A stretch of DNA of 64,000 bases, taken from the NCBI GenBank assembly GCA_964604285.1, contig CAZRYL010000002.1:6669-70668 (forward strand). The letters run 5' to 3'. Within the stretch, counting starts at the first letter, position 1; each line of letters begins with the position of its first letter. Source of the DNA: an uncultured Methanotrichaceae archaeon (GTDB taxonomy: Archaea > Halobacteriota > Methanosarcinia > Methanotrichales > Methanotrichaceae). The notes below the pieces were generated by a model. The model was not told the DNA's origin, made no database searches, and saw only the letters and a program-made list of their open reading frames with translations. A program made the translations under genes and the position numbers. Shown piece by piece: positions 1-10,306 of this stretch.

Positions 1-9
1 CCCTCGCGA

Positions 10-1563
10 GTGCGGGAGAGGGCTGTGGCTGTGTCTTCCGCTAAAGCCTTCCAGCAGTTGAAGGCACGTGGGATTGATAAGCTGATCGACTTGTACCTGA
101 CGGAGAGCCCAAGAGAACTGGCGGGCCTGGCAGCAAGCTACAGCCATGTTAGCTTCGTGGGCGATGAGATTGATGGCCCCCCTGGCATCGAGCTCGCCCT
201 GTCGCTTGATGAGTGGTATCTGGCCCCAGAGGCTGTTTTGGGATTTTTCACGGCCAATCTGGACACGCTATTGCCAGCGATAGGGGCCGCGATGAAGCTG
301 AGGGATCTGGGCTTTAGCCGCTTTGCTGAATGGGACGATTTAGCTAAATGCATCTGCAAATTAAATAAAAGAGATGATTGCGAAGAGGAGCGCCTTTCCA
401 GGATCGCTGATCGTCTGAGAGGGTGCGTGGGCGATGCAGCTTCGTGGGCTAATGATGAGCTTAAGAAAAAGATTGAGATGAGCTCTCTCACGCTGGGCGG
501 CACTGATCTGCTCATGGTAATGAGCCGGGGCGAAGGAGTCCAGGAGCTCTTCGAATTACAGATGAAGGGCGTCTTTCACGAGACACTTTTGGAGGCAAAA
601 GCCCGCACAGCCCGCGATCTGGAGCTAAAAGGTCCAGAGATCGTCTGGCTGGATGAGATATTCCCTGAGAAGGTCTGCTATCCCCTGGAGATGAACCGAC
701 AGGCTTTGCACTCCTTTGAACAGGACCTGAGAAGCAGGATTGAAGAGAGGGGTCTGAAGGCTAGAAGAGATCTGGCCCGCGACCTTGAGGACAAGAAGGA
801 GGCTGCATTTGAGCTGGTTTACGCCCTCATGGAGTTCGACTTCTTCCATGCAGTGGGCAGATTCGCCCTTGAAGAGGAACTGTGCATGCCAGAGATCGTC
901 AAGGAGCCATGCCTGAGCTTTGAATGTGGCAGGAATCTCTCATTGAATAAACCCGATCTGGTGAGTTATTCCCTGGGCACAATTGACCATCCTGAGAAGG
1001 TTGCCATCCTCAGCGGCGTGAACTCAGGCGGCAAGACATCGCTTCTGGATCTCATAGCACAGATAGTGATCCTGGGCCACATGGGATTGCCTGTGCCTGC
1101 GAAGCAGTGCAAAATGAGCCTCTTTGAGGAGATGTACTACTTCAGCAAGAGCCGTGGCACACTTTCAGCTGGCGCATTTGAGACGGCCATACGAAAATTT
1201 TCAGTCGTGGAGAACCAGAAACAAAAGCTGGTTTTGGCGGACGAGCTGGAGGCAATCACTGAGCCGGGAGCCTCGGCGCGCATCATCGCATGCATGCTGG
1301 ATGAGCTGAACAGCTCAGGCTCTTTAGCGGTCTTCGTCAGCCATCTGGCCGAGGATATCAGGCGCTATGCAGAAACTGTTGTTCGAGTGGATGGAATCGA
1401 TGCAGAGGGCCTGGATGAGAAGAACAATCTCATCGTGAACAGGAGCCCGAAGTACAATTACCTGGCCAAGAGCACCCCTGAGCTGATTTTAGACCGGCTG
1501 GTGCGGTCTGCAAAAAGCCCGGAGCGAGAGTTCTACGCCAGGCTGCTGGCCAAGTTCAGGTGA
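10..1563 (+). CDS. Archaeal MutS-family ATPase (MutS domain V), probably 5'-truncated by the window edge
   Basis: Walker A SGVNSGGKT, GTLSAGAFE signature, Walker B LVLADELE and FVSHL motif. Confidence 0.8.
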   Translation: MRERAVAVSSAKAFQQLKARGIDKLIDLYLTESPRELAGLAASYSHVSFVGDEIDGPPGIELALSLDEWYLAPEAVLGFFTANLDTLLPAIGAAMKLRDLGFSRFAEWDDLAKCICKLNKRDDCEEERLSRIADRLRGCVGDAASWANDELKKKIEMSSLTLGGTDLLMVMSRGEGVQELFELQMKGVFHETLLEAKARTARDLELKGPEIVWLDEIFPEKVCYPLEMNRQALHSFEQDLRSRIEERGLKARRDLARDLEDKKEAAFELVYALMEFDFFHAVGRFALEEELCMPEIVKEPCLSFECGRNLSLNKPDLVSYSLGTIDHPEKVAILSGVNSGGKTSLLDLIAQIVILGHMGLPVPAKQCKMSLFEEMYYFSKSRGTLSAGAFETAIRKFSVVENQKQKLVLADELEAITEPGASARIIACMLDELNSSGSLAVFVSHLAEDIRRYAETVVRVDGIDAEGLDEKNNLIVNRSPKYNYLAKSTPELILDRLVRSAKSPEREFYARLLAKFR

Positions 1564-1596
1564 GCATTTTATATTCTCAGGCAGAGAGTTATTTCA

Positions 1597-1818
1597 ATGG
1601 AAGTCTGGCAGATAATCGGGATCTGTATTCTTATGATCCCCCTCTTCCTGGCAGCCAATTACTTCATTGTGAAGAAGATGGCCGCGGAGAGGAGGTCGCG
1701 CGACGATCGGATAGATAGGGCGGTCTCCGACAGCGTGGCTGCGAGCTATGCCGATAGAGATGCACGCTATCAGACCTGGCCGAAGTATAAGGCGGCAAGG
1801 AAGAGGAAGATGCGCTAA
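1597..1818 (+). CDS. Small single-pass membrane protein
   Basis: N-terminal hydrophobic helix and basic tail; TTTTATA promoter-like box about 25 bp upstream. Confidence 0.6.
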   Translation: MEVWQIIGICILMIPLFLAANYFIVKKMAAERRSRDDRIDRAVSDSVAASYADRDARYQTWPKYKAARKRKMR

Positions 1819-2016
1819 CGTCCACCCATTATTGCCGATCTTGGCCTTTCTTCACTTTTATCGGTTTAAGATTGTCCTTTAAAAATAGCATCATTTCTTT
1901 ATGGACTGATCCGCAAGGAACTCTACACTCCTGAGGGACTGGAAGAAAAAGTTAAATAAGACCTTTTTTTTTATGATAAGTACTGAAAATACTGACTAAA
2001 AGTAGGGGCGGAACCA

Positions 2017-5000
2017 GTGTCCACGCAGGCCAATGTAGCAGGTGGTAATTTAGATAGAGATGAAAAGAGTCAAAAAAATAATTTTGGATATTATATATTT
2101 GGTGTGTTTCATCTAATATTGTTGATAATCACTCCTGCCGCAGCTTCCTCATTAAGCATCAATTCTCCATCAGAATTTGACGTTTGTGAAACTGAAGCCT
2201 GTAGCCTGAAATTCTTTTGCGATGAAGATACCAACGTACTATCAGCGTCCCAACAGATTCCCGAAGCATTTTCCTGTTCAAAGGACTCGAAGATCATCTT
2301 AGATGATGTCGAATCATCTTACGATCCATTCGTGGACAGGCAATCCGTCAATTGGGACCTGAATTCTGCTTTGAAATCATGTCGACACATAACGATCAAT
2401 GAGGTGGAGCAAAACCCTGAAGGCCCGGACTCAGGAAATGAATGGGTGGAGATCTATAACCCTTCGTCTTTTGATATCAATGTTGGTGGATGGAAGCTTG
2501 TCGATGGCTATTCTGGAAAAACAGTATCCATATCAGAGGGCACAGTCATTGCTTCGGGCTGCTATCACGTCATCGCCTGGACTAACGGCTCGCTGATCAA
2601 CTCGTATCCAACAAAAATCACCCTTTTTGATTCTTCAGGCAAAGAGATTGACTGCACACCAGAGGCAACAGATGAAAAGAACAATGACATGTGCTGGGCG
2701 CGCTATCCCGACGGCAAGGATCTGGGAGACGATAAAGAGTGGAGATTTCAAGAGGCAACGAAGGGTTCATCAAACGGTGGGAGCGCATCCAATATTTATG
2801 CAGGGGAGACTGTGACACTGCAGTTTAATCTCACACCAGGCTGCAATGCCCCAAGCAACGCCACGCTCCTTGCCAGGCTGTCCTCCTCTTCGGGAGAGCT
2901 CTTTGCAAAATCGCCCTCTTTTACCATACGAAGAGCTGACCTGAGCGTCTCTGTTACCCCTGACAGATTTGAAGCTGCTAAAGGAGATGAGATAACCTGG
3001 ACGATCGTGGTGAGAAATGATGGAGTGGGGGTCGCAAACGACGTCCAGGTCAATGTTACTTTAAAAGAGGGCCTGCAATTGCTTGAAATCGACTCACCAG
3101 GCAAGCAGCTCGATTGGAGCTATAATCATCTGAATCCAGGAGATGAGAGGGACGCGAGAGTTGTGGCCAAGGCGATGTCATCATGTGATAATTATTCCAA
3201 CCTCGTCGTTGTCAAATGGGGCTCGGGTCCCTGCCAGGAGGTAAGGCAGGCATCAGCAGTTGACAAGAGAACAGCTATTCGAAAGCTGCCGGACGAGCCT
3301 CATCGCCTCGCTCCTGGTGAAGTTATAAGTTTCGAGATCGATGCCGACCTGCCAAAGGGAGCCCAGGACTTGTGGATCAATGACACCATTCCCTCCGGGT
3401 TGAACTACGACAGCAGCAGCTTATCCTTGCATGGAATTGAACCGCAAAAAGAGACTGAGATATCTGACGAAGATGGATCTTTGCAAATCTGCTGGTTCTT
3501 CGGAGATGTGGGTCCAGCATTCAGAATCCAGATCGAATATAATTGTGCTCTGGCAAATTCGCCTGAGAACCAGGACGGTGTCATTCTGAAAAGCACCGAA
3601 GCCTGCATGACCTGGAGTGACGGGCAGGGTATAAAAACAGACAGAGATGCAGCCGGGTCGATCACAGTAGCTGAGCCTGACCTTATCTTGGAGGTATCTC
3701 CTTCATCCACAGTTGCTGGCATCAACGACAATGTATCATACGTTCTGGCCGTCTATCACTCGGCTCAAAGCCAAGCGCCGGCCTTTGATATAGAACTGCA
3801 AGATCTCCTGCCGGACGGCATGGCCTATTTGCCGGGCACGGCGGAAATTGTTTCAGGGCCTCAGGCAACGTTTGACGCTGACAGCTTGAGATGGCATTTC
3901 GATGCCATAGATCTTGGCTGGGATAGCAGCCGGAAGGTTCTGATCTCCTTGAATGCAACCTGCAAAGCAAAGCCCGGTGATACGATCGTCAATGAAGCCA
4001 TTTTGACCTGGACAAGCATAGCAGGCGATTGTGCCGATGAGCGTGCAGGCACAGGCGGCGTAAATGATTACCTGCGAAAGTCCTCGGCACAGGTCGCCGC
4101 CATGGGCCTCTCAATTAGCAAGAAGGCTGATCCAGATCCTGTGAAGGTGGGAGAGACATTATGCTACACGCTTACATACGAAAATGAAGGCTGCACAGTG
4201 GCAAACAACGTCACCATAATCGACGAGCTTGACCCAGGCGTGTCTTTTCTCTCTGCCGACCCGGCTCCGGCAAATGCGGATAACAACACCTGGAAGATCC
4301 ATCGGCTGGCGCCCAATGAGCCCCACAGCATAGAGATCAAGGTGCGTGTAGACGAAAGCCTTGAGTGCGGCTTTGTGCTTGCAAATCGCTTCACAATCAA
4401 GTCCGACGAGCTTGGTCCGAAGAGCGGCACAATTTATACCAGCGTTCTGAACGAGACCCGCCTGAGCGTTAACAAGACTGCCCTGCAGAAGGCAGTGCGC
4501 AGAGGCGAAGAGATAAGCTACGTCATAAAAGTCTATAACAGCGGCGGCCAGCCTGCCACCAACGTCACCGTAAGGGATGTTTTTGACTCGCATGTGGAGC
4601 TCGTCTTTGCCTCTCCGAACCCGGCAGGCGATGGCATCTGGAGATTTGACTCTATAGCTCCCGGTGAGTTCGTTGATATCAGGCTGACCGTGAGGGTTCC
4701 CCGTATTGATATGAAATTTGAAGGCCATCAGCAGATCACTGGAATCGGCTTTGTCAACGCCTACGGGGATTACACCACCTCCCAAAGATGCAGCACTCTC
4801 ACCAACCGGGTTTACGTGTCATCTGATCAAATGCAGATTTTTGGGATGGCGAAAGTGAAAATTCTGGGCGAGGAGGGCACGAGTCTCCGCCTCCGCGAGC
4901 ATGGCAGCGGGGACTACGAGACATCAGAGGACCTGCATTTTCTCCTCTCAAACAAATCCATAAGGCTGAGCCAGAGCATGAAGGCTGTTTACCGTCCCAC

Positions 5001-6312
5001 AACATTTATCCTGCCTCGGAACAGCTCGCAGTGCATCTCTTCTCTTTGGTCAAAGGAGAGCCATGTCAAAAACGGAATAACGAATACAGAATTTTGCGAA
5101 TTGAACAGATACTCGACCTGGCTAGACCACGAAAGCCATTTCGAACTGGACGAGAACGGCTCACGGCTCGAGACTGAATCGGATTTTCGAGGTCTGGCAT
5201 CCTTTGAAACGCAAAAGAAGCCCACAAATCATGTAGCAACGACTGAAGATGATATTTCTAAAGAAGAGTACATTGGAAGCTTCCAGGTTTTGGAGAAGAC
5301 AAACGATTCCGGCCAGAGCCTAATTTTGGATCGATCTGTAACAGGCAGCGGTTACTTGAATGCAGATGTGAAGATCGGCAATGCCCAGGGAAGCTACGAA
5401 TCGGGCACTGGCGTCTTTCGATCTGAGCAGAGAATCGAGACATTGAGCAACCTCATGAACAAGGATATAGATGCTAAACATTTTGCCCTGAGCTATGAGA
5501 TCTCGCCCAGTACATATCTCAACGTATCTCAGAGATGCAAAGAAGGAATGTGGTCTCAAACTACATCCAGCTTCATTGGCGAGGAGGTCTCAGGCGCAAA
5601 ATACCTTAAGAAGAACGCAGTTTTTCGGGGTCTCAGGGCTATGGAGAGCGAGATCAATTTCTCGGGGACTGCAAAGTTGCAGACTGCTTATGCCGCAGGC
5701 GAAAGACAACGGTTGGACGAGGACGAGATCCTCACAGGCGACTTCAATATCAAGAGAAAGATCATGATCTCTTGCAGCTCCAAGTATGACAGGCCTCATC
5801 TTTATCTTCAAAAGGAAGGCCGGCTGATCGGAGATGTGGCCGCGTATACTATCACCATCACCAATGATGGCAACGCTGCACTGGGGCCACTCTTCTTGCG
5901 AGACATGTTCCCCCCAGGTTCAAGATTCCTCAACGCCTCCTTGCGACCTGTTCAGCTTGAAAGCAATAGCTGCAACTGGACCTTGCTCCATCTGGCCATT
6001 GGCGACTCGATGAAGATCGAGATATGTCTGGACACTGCGAGATGCGACGGAGATATCATTAACCTGGTGGAAGCCACAGGCAGTTGCAGCGCCGGAGGGA
6101 CCCATGAAAAGAATCAATCGATCATCTACCGGGCGTGGCTGGACAGTTGCGGGCGCAAAGTTAACCCTGCGGACCTCACCTGCCACGGGTCAGTAGAGGA
6201 AAAATCCGATGAAATTGAGCATTTCGACCCTGTGCTGGCCAGGTGGGAGGAGAAGGATGGCAGTGCCTGTCCATTGAACTGCCCAAACGTCGACGATGCC
6301 ACAGTAACCTGA
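2017..6312 (+). CDS. Large secreted protein: lamin-tail domain, several DUF11/isopeptide-type Ig domains and a conserved C-terminal module
   Basis: Signal-like segment ending PAAAS; LTD motif INEVEQNP..NEWVEIYNP..GGWKL; repeated K..(G-D/E)..YT/I..N.G...A.NV...D.L DUF11 patterns. Confidence 0.8.
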   Translation: MSTQANVAGGNLDRDEKSQKNNFGYYIFGVFHLILLIITPAAASSLSINSPSEFDVCETEACSLKFFCDEDTNVLSASQQIPEAFSCSKDSKIILDDVESSYDPFVDRQSVNWDLNSALKSCRHITINEVEQNPEGPDSGNEWVEIYNPSSFDINVGGWKLVDGYSGKTVSISEGTVIASGCYHVIAWTNGSLINSYPTKITLFDSSGKEIDCTPEATDEKNNDMCWARYPDGKDLGDDKEWRFQEATKGSSNGGSASNIYAGETVTLQFNLTPGCNAPSNATLLARLSSSSGELFAKSPSFTIRRADLSVSVTPDRFEAAKGDEITWTIVVRNDGVGVANDVQVNVTLKEGLQLLEIDSPGKQLDWSYNHLNPGDERDARVVAKAMSSCDNYSNLVVVKWGSGPCQEVRQASAVDKRTAIRKLPDEPHRLAPGEVISFEIDADLPKGAQDLWINDTIPSGLNYDSSSLSLHGIEPQKETEISDEDGSLQICWFFGDVGPAFRIQIEYNCALANSPENQDGVILKSTEACMTWSDGQGIKTDRDAAGSITVAEPDLILEVSPSSTVAGINDNVSYVLAVYHSAQSQAPAFDIELQDLLPDGMAYLPGTAEIVSGPQATFDADSLRWHFDAIDLGWDSSRKVLISLNATCKAKPGDTIVNEAILTWTSIAGDCADERAGTGGVNDYLRKSSAQVAAMGLSISKKADPDPVKVGETLCYTLTYENEGCTVANNVTIIDELDPGVSFLSADPAPANADNNTWKIHRLAPNEPHSIEIKVRVDESLECGFVLANRFTIKSDELGPKSGTIYTSVLNETRLSVNKTALQKAVRRGEEISYVIKVYNSGGQPATNVTVRDVFDSHVELVFASPNPAGDGIWRFDSIAPGEFVDIRLTVRVPRIDMKFEGHQQITGIGFVNAYGDYTTSQRCSTLTNRVYVSSDQMQIFGMAKVKILGEEGTSLRLREHGSGDYETSEDLHFLLSNKSIRLSQSMKAVYRPTTFILPRNSSQCISSLWSKESHVKNGITNTEFCELNRYSTWLDHESHFELDENGSRLETESDFRGLASFETQKKPTNHVATTEDDISKEEYIGSFQVLEKTNDSGQSLILDRSVTGSGYLNADVKIGNAQGSYESGTGVFRSEQRIETLSNLMNKDIDAKHFALSYEISPSTYLNVSQRCKEGMWSQTTSSFIGEEVSGAKYLKKNAVFRGLRAMESEINFSGTAKLQTAYAAGERQRLDEDEILTGDFNIKRKIMISCSSKYDRPHLYLQKEGRLIGDVAAYTITITNDGNAALGPLFLRDMFPPGSRFLNASLRPVQLESNSCNWTLLHLAIGDSMKIEICLDTARCDGDIINLVEATGSCSAGGTHEKNQSIIYRAWLDSCGRKVNPADLTCHGSVEEKSDEIEHFDPVLARWEEKDGSACPLNCPNVDDATVT

Positions 6313-6556
6313 TCAGAATGAGTTGATTGGAGCAGTACATATGATAGAGTGAAATGAAAAATGAGCTTATAATAGATAATTACTTTATTTTATATTTTGT
6401 AGTAAGTAGTATAGATTACTACCAGCTTATTTACTTTAAAATAACTATAAAATTCACTAATGGGCGTTTTAATTCACAATTGGGTATATTATAATAAATA
6501 TGTCTTACATTAATGTTGCAGAATGAGGAGGGGTTGAAACGAAAAGTCTCTATAGA

Positions 6557-9500
6557 TTGCTGGCTATTGTAATAATATTAATTATATCACAAATTGAATG
6601 TGTTAGTGCTTTAAGTGCAACGATAGTTGATGCAGACCTAATTTTCGTCAGCACTATAGGACATGGTAGTAAATATGCAGGCATCATTTACATCGCTCTT
6701 GATGGTGATACAACACAATATCCAACCTATTGTATAGATATCGATATAAGTACTCAGTATGGCAATACATACGAGCTCGGAGGATCTGGTGCCGATCCGA
6801 ACATCATCTGGATATTGAATAATTACTATCCGAATACAGGCCTTCCAGATGGTTTAACCAACACAGAAAAGGGGGCTGCAGTCCAACTGGCTATCTGGCA
6901 TTTTTCCAACGGCTTGGATCTCAGCTCCGGCACTCCTGGGAACGTATTCGCTGCCGCAAGAGCCATCGTCGATTCTGTGGGAAGTGCATCCATTCCTCAA
7001 ATACCATCCACTTTAGGCCTTTCACCAGCATCCTCTACGAATCCCTTGGGTGCTCAGCATACTGTGACCGCAACCGTTTTGGATCCAAGCGGGAGTGCTG
7101 TCTCGGGCCAAGAAGTGACTTTCTCGGTTACAGGAGCCAACCCAACCACGAATCCTGTCAGTGTTGTAACCGATGCAAATGGTCAATCGGCTTTTACCTA
7201 CACAGGAGCCAATGCTGGCGACGACACAATCGCTGCGACCACCAGCTTCATAGTCCCCTCCGGTGCAATATGGATTGGTGCGACGTCTTCCATTCAACGT
7301 CTTGTTATGGCGCAAGATGTGCCAAGATCCCTGACACAATCTGCCTCGAAAAGATGGAGAGACTTGACGGCTCCGACAATTTCCTCAGTCGTGCCCTCAA
7401 CCAATACACCATGCGGCAATGAGAATGTCGACATAACGGCGCATGTCATCGATAACATTGCAGTAACATCTGTAACACTGGTTTACACCGATCAGACCGG
7501 CCAGCATACAGTGGATATGACCGGCCCTGCTGGTTCCAATGATGGTGATTGGGTTGGGAGCATACCAGGGCACGATGCCGGTACAACTGTGACTTACAAA
7601 ATTTTAGCTAGGGATCTGGACGGGAACGAGGTCACATCTCCATCAGATGGAAATTATGAAGTAAGCTGGAGAGATTGTGCTGCGCCAAATATATTATCGG
7701 TAGAACCGCTCAACCCCTGCGAAAATGAAGAGGTCATTTTGACCGCACATGTTACAGACGATGACGGTGTGGTATCCGTAAATCTGATTTATGGTTCGTC
7801 GACCATACCCATGGTGCTGCAACAAGGCGGGACTAACCTTGACGGAGTCTGGATGAGCCAGTCGCCAATTCCAGGCCAGATTGCTGGCAGCAGCCTGGAG
7901 ATCCAGATTGAAGCCACAGATGCTTCCGATAGATCCACAACAGTCAGCCAGTTCATCCACTGGCGGGACTGCAAAGGCCCGATGATCACTGAAATTACTC
8001 CTGGAAGCGTCGATGTTTGCCAGGGCTCAAGTGTCGACATAACGGCGCATGTCATCGATAACGTTGGAGTATCATCTGTAACACTGGTTTACACCGATCA
8101 GACCGGCCAGCATACAGTGGATATGACCGGCCCTGCTGGTTCCAATGATGGTGATTGGGTTGGGAGCATACCAGGGCACGATGCCGGTACAACTGTGACT
8201 TACAAAATTTTAGCTAGGGATCTGGACGGGAACGAGGTCACATCTCCATCAGATGGAAATTATGAAGTAAGCTGGAGAGATTGTGCTGCGCCAAATATAT
8301 TATCGGTAGAACCGCTCAACCCCTGCGAAAATGAAGAGGTCATTTTGACCGCACATGTTACAGACGATGACGGTGTGGTATCCGTAAATCTGATTTATGG
8401 TTCGTCGACCATACCCATGGTGCTGCAACAAGGCGGGACTAACCTTGACGGAGTCTGGATGAGCCAGTCGCCAATTCCAGGCCAGATTGCTGGCAGCAGC
8501 CTGGAGATCCAGATTGAAGCCACAGATGCTTCCGATAGATCCACAACAGTCAGCCAGTTCATCCACTGGCGAGACTGCAAAGGCCCGATGATCACTGAAA
8601 TTACTCCTGGAAGCGCCGATGTTTGCCAGGGCTCAAGTGTCGAGATCACAGCCCGCGTCACAGGTACAGCAAACATCAATGAGGTCCATCTCGTCTACGC
8701 AGATCCTTCAGGGACTCATGATGTGCTGATGGATCCTGGCGCCAGCGATCTCTGGACCTATACATTGAGTGGATGCCCGGCAGGAACAACCATAGAGTAC
8801 TACATCTTGGCCATCGATTCCAGCGGTCAGAGCACGCGATCCGAGACATATGTCCTGAACTGGATAAATTGTGGCATTACTAAATCTGCATCCTCACAAA
8901 CTGTATCTCCTGGTGGGCTCGTGACTTATACAATTACGTATAACAATTATTTGGGAGATGCAGTGATAACCGAAGATTATCCCGACAAGATGACCTTCAT
9001 TTCTGCGTATCCACAGCCGGATACTGGAACGAATAACAGATGGACGATACCCTTGGGGAAGGGAACAATCACAGTGACGTTGAAAGTTCCCGCCTCTTCC
9101 AATACAAATTTCAATTTTGAGCAGGAAGCAAGTGGTGTGGGTTTCGTCAGGTCCTGGAAGGACCTATCTACAGGTAGTGAATCATACGAATTAATAAATA
9201 AAGTTACAATGTCAAGCCCCAATTCTCCGCCCCAAATAGCGACGAGCAGCGTCACTGTCACTGGCGGCGTCGGGGTAGAACTCAGACAGAAGGAGAGTGG
9301 AAGCGGCGAGTATTCCAGAGAGGATCTCATAACATACAACCGGAAGAAAAATTTCATCAAGGAGGAGAGCAACCTCTCAGTCAAGCATCAAAGCACTTCT
9401 TTTGCCCTTCCGGATGGACGGACATTGAACTTCAACTCTACCTGGAACGAGGCAGAGTGCGTCAAGAACTATCTCACTTCAGAGTCATTGAATGAGCTTT

Positions 9501-10294
9501 ATCGATATAGCACCAAGATCGATAGAAGCAGCCTATTTGAGATGGAGGGCAATAACACTAGGATGGAGGTGAGCTCAGAATTTCAGGGCACTCGCCACAT
9601 GGGATACATAAAGGTTGCAGAAACCGATGAAAAGGGCCACATCACTTTGGAAAAGGAAGCGAGTTCGGACTATACGGGAAGCTTCAAGGTTGTTGAGAAG
9701 CTGGGCACGACATACACCAATGGATCGACCGCCATAACAGATGTAAAGCATTACGATGAGCCACATTTGACCATTTATCAGAGAAGCGAGCAGGATGCGA
9801 CGGACAGCATCAATTTGAGCTACACTGTCTCCATATTGAATGACGGCAACGCTGCGCTTGGGCCGATCTATGTAAGGGATGTTTTCCCAGCTGGCACCTA
9901 CTTCCTCGATGCCTCGATCAAACCCTCAGAACCGCGAAGGTCTGAGCTTTCCGAGTCGAGATACGCTAACTGGACCTTCACTCACCTGCCCATAGGCCAG
10001 GCTGTTACAATTCACCTTCGTGTCCTGAGATATGTGATTATCGATGTGCCCATTAATGTGGTTTACGTATCTGCAGGCTATAATGGTCAGTGGATCAACG
10101 CCAGCAACTCCACAGCCACGAACACCGACTATTTGAGCTGCTCGCCTCAGGGCATCTGCACAAAAGCCCAGGCAGGAGGAGGATGGAACCCGCCCAACTG
10201 GGGATTCGACCTTTCTGAAGATATCTGCGGCTCTTGTTACAGAGCTGGTTCAAACGCTCAAAGCAACTGCGCGGCATGCAATGTCGGAGTCTGA
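6557..10294 (+). CDS. Secreted thioester-domain (TED/TQXA) protein with an Ig insert, duplicated Ig-like repeats, DUF11 and the same C-terminal module
   Basis: TYCID (Cys59), AVQLAIWHF (TQxxIW-like), SIQRLV (Gln247); Big_1-like TVTATVLD..G..V.F...TDANGQ; start position uncertain. Confidence 0.75.
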   Translation: MLAIVIILIISQIECVSALSATIVDADLIFVSTIGHGSKYAGIIYIALDGDTTQYPTYCIDIDISTQYGNTYELGGSGADPNIIWILNNYYPNTGLPDGLTNTEKGAAVQLAIWHFSNGLDLSSGTPGNVFAAARAIVDSVGSASIPQIPSTLGLSPASSTNPLGAQHTVTATVLDPSGSAVSGQEVTFSVTGANPTTNPVSVVTDANGQSAFTYTGANAGDDTIAATTSFIVPSGAIWIGATSSIQRLVMAQDVPRSLTQSASKRWRDLTAPTISSVVPSTNTPCGNENVDITAHVIDNIAVTSVTLVYTDQTGQHTVDMTGPAGSNDGDWVGSIPGHDAGTTVTYKILARDLDGNEVTSPSDGNYEVSWRDCAAPNILSVEPLNPCENEEVILTAHVTDDDGVVSVNLIYGSSTIPMVLQQGGTNLDGVWMSQSPIPGQIAGSSLEIQIEATDASDRSTTVSQFIHWRDCKGPMITEITPGSVDVCQGSSVDITAHVIDNVGVSSVTLVYTDQTGQHTVDMTGPAGSNDGDWVGSIPGHDAGTTVTYKILARDLDGNEVTSPSDGNYEVSWRDCAAPNILSVEPLNPCENEEVILTAHVTDDDGVVSVNLIYGSSTIPMVLQQGGTNLDGVWMSQSPIPGQIAGSSLEIQIEATDASDRSTTVSQFIHWRDCKGPMITEITPGSADVCQGSSVEITARVTGTANINEVHLVYADPSGTHDVLMDPGASDLWTYTLSGCPAGTTIEYYILAIDSSGQSTRSETYVLNWINCGITKSASSQTVSPGGLVTYTITYNNYLGDAVITEDYPDKMTFISAYPQPDTGTNNRWTIPLGKGTITVTLKVPASSNTNFNFEQEASGVGFVRSWKDLSTGSESYELINKVTMSSPNSPPQIATSSVTVTGGVGVELRQKESGSGEYSREDLITYNRKKNFIKEESNLSVKHQSTSFALPDGRTLNFNSTWNEAECVKNYLTSESLNELYRYSTKIDRSSLFEMEGNNTRMEVSSEFQGTRHMGYIKVAETDEKGHITLEKEASSDYTGSFKVVEKLGTTYTNGSTAITDVKHYDEPHLTIYQRSEQDATDSINLSYTVSILNDGNAALGPIYVRDVFPAGTYFLDASIKPSEPRRSELSESRYANWTFTHLPIGQAVTIHLRVLRYVIIDVPINVVYVSAGYNGQWINASNSTATNTDYLSCSPQGICTKAQAGGGWNPPNWGFDLSEDICGSCYRAGSNAQSNCAACNVGV
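7426..8643 (+). repeat. Intragenic tandem duplication, 2 x 606 bp (202 aa)
   Basis: Sequence from 7426 recurs from 8032 with about 5 mismatches by eye. Confidence 0.95.
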
Positions 10295-10306
10295 ACTTGA
10301 AATCGA

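Noticed and set aside
1900-1950. Possible riboswitch upstream of the LTD/DUF11 gene
   Set aside because: Only short hairpins; no recognisable aptamer consensus
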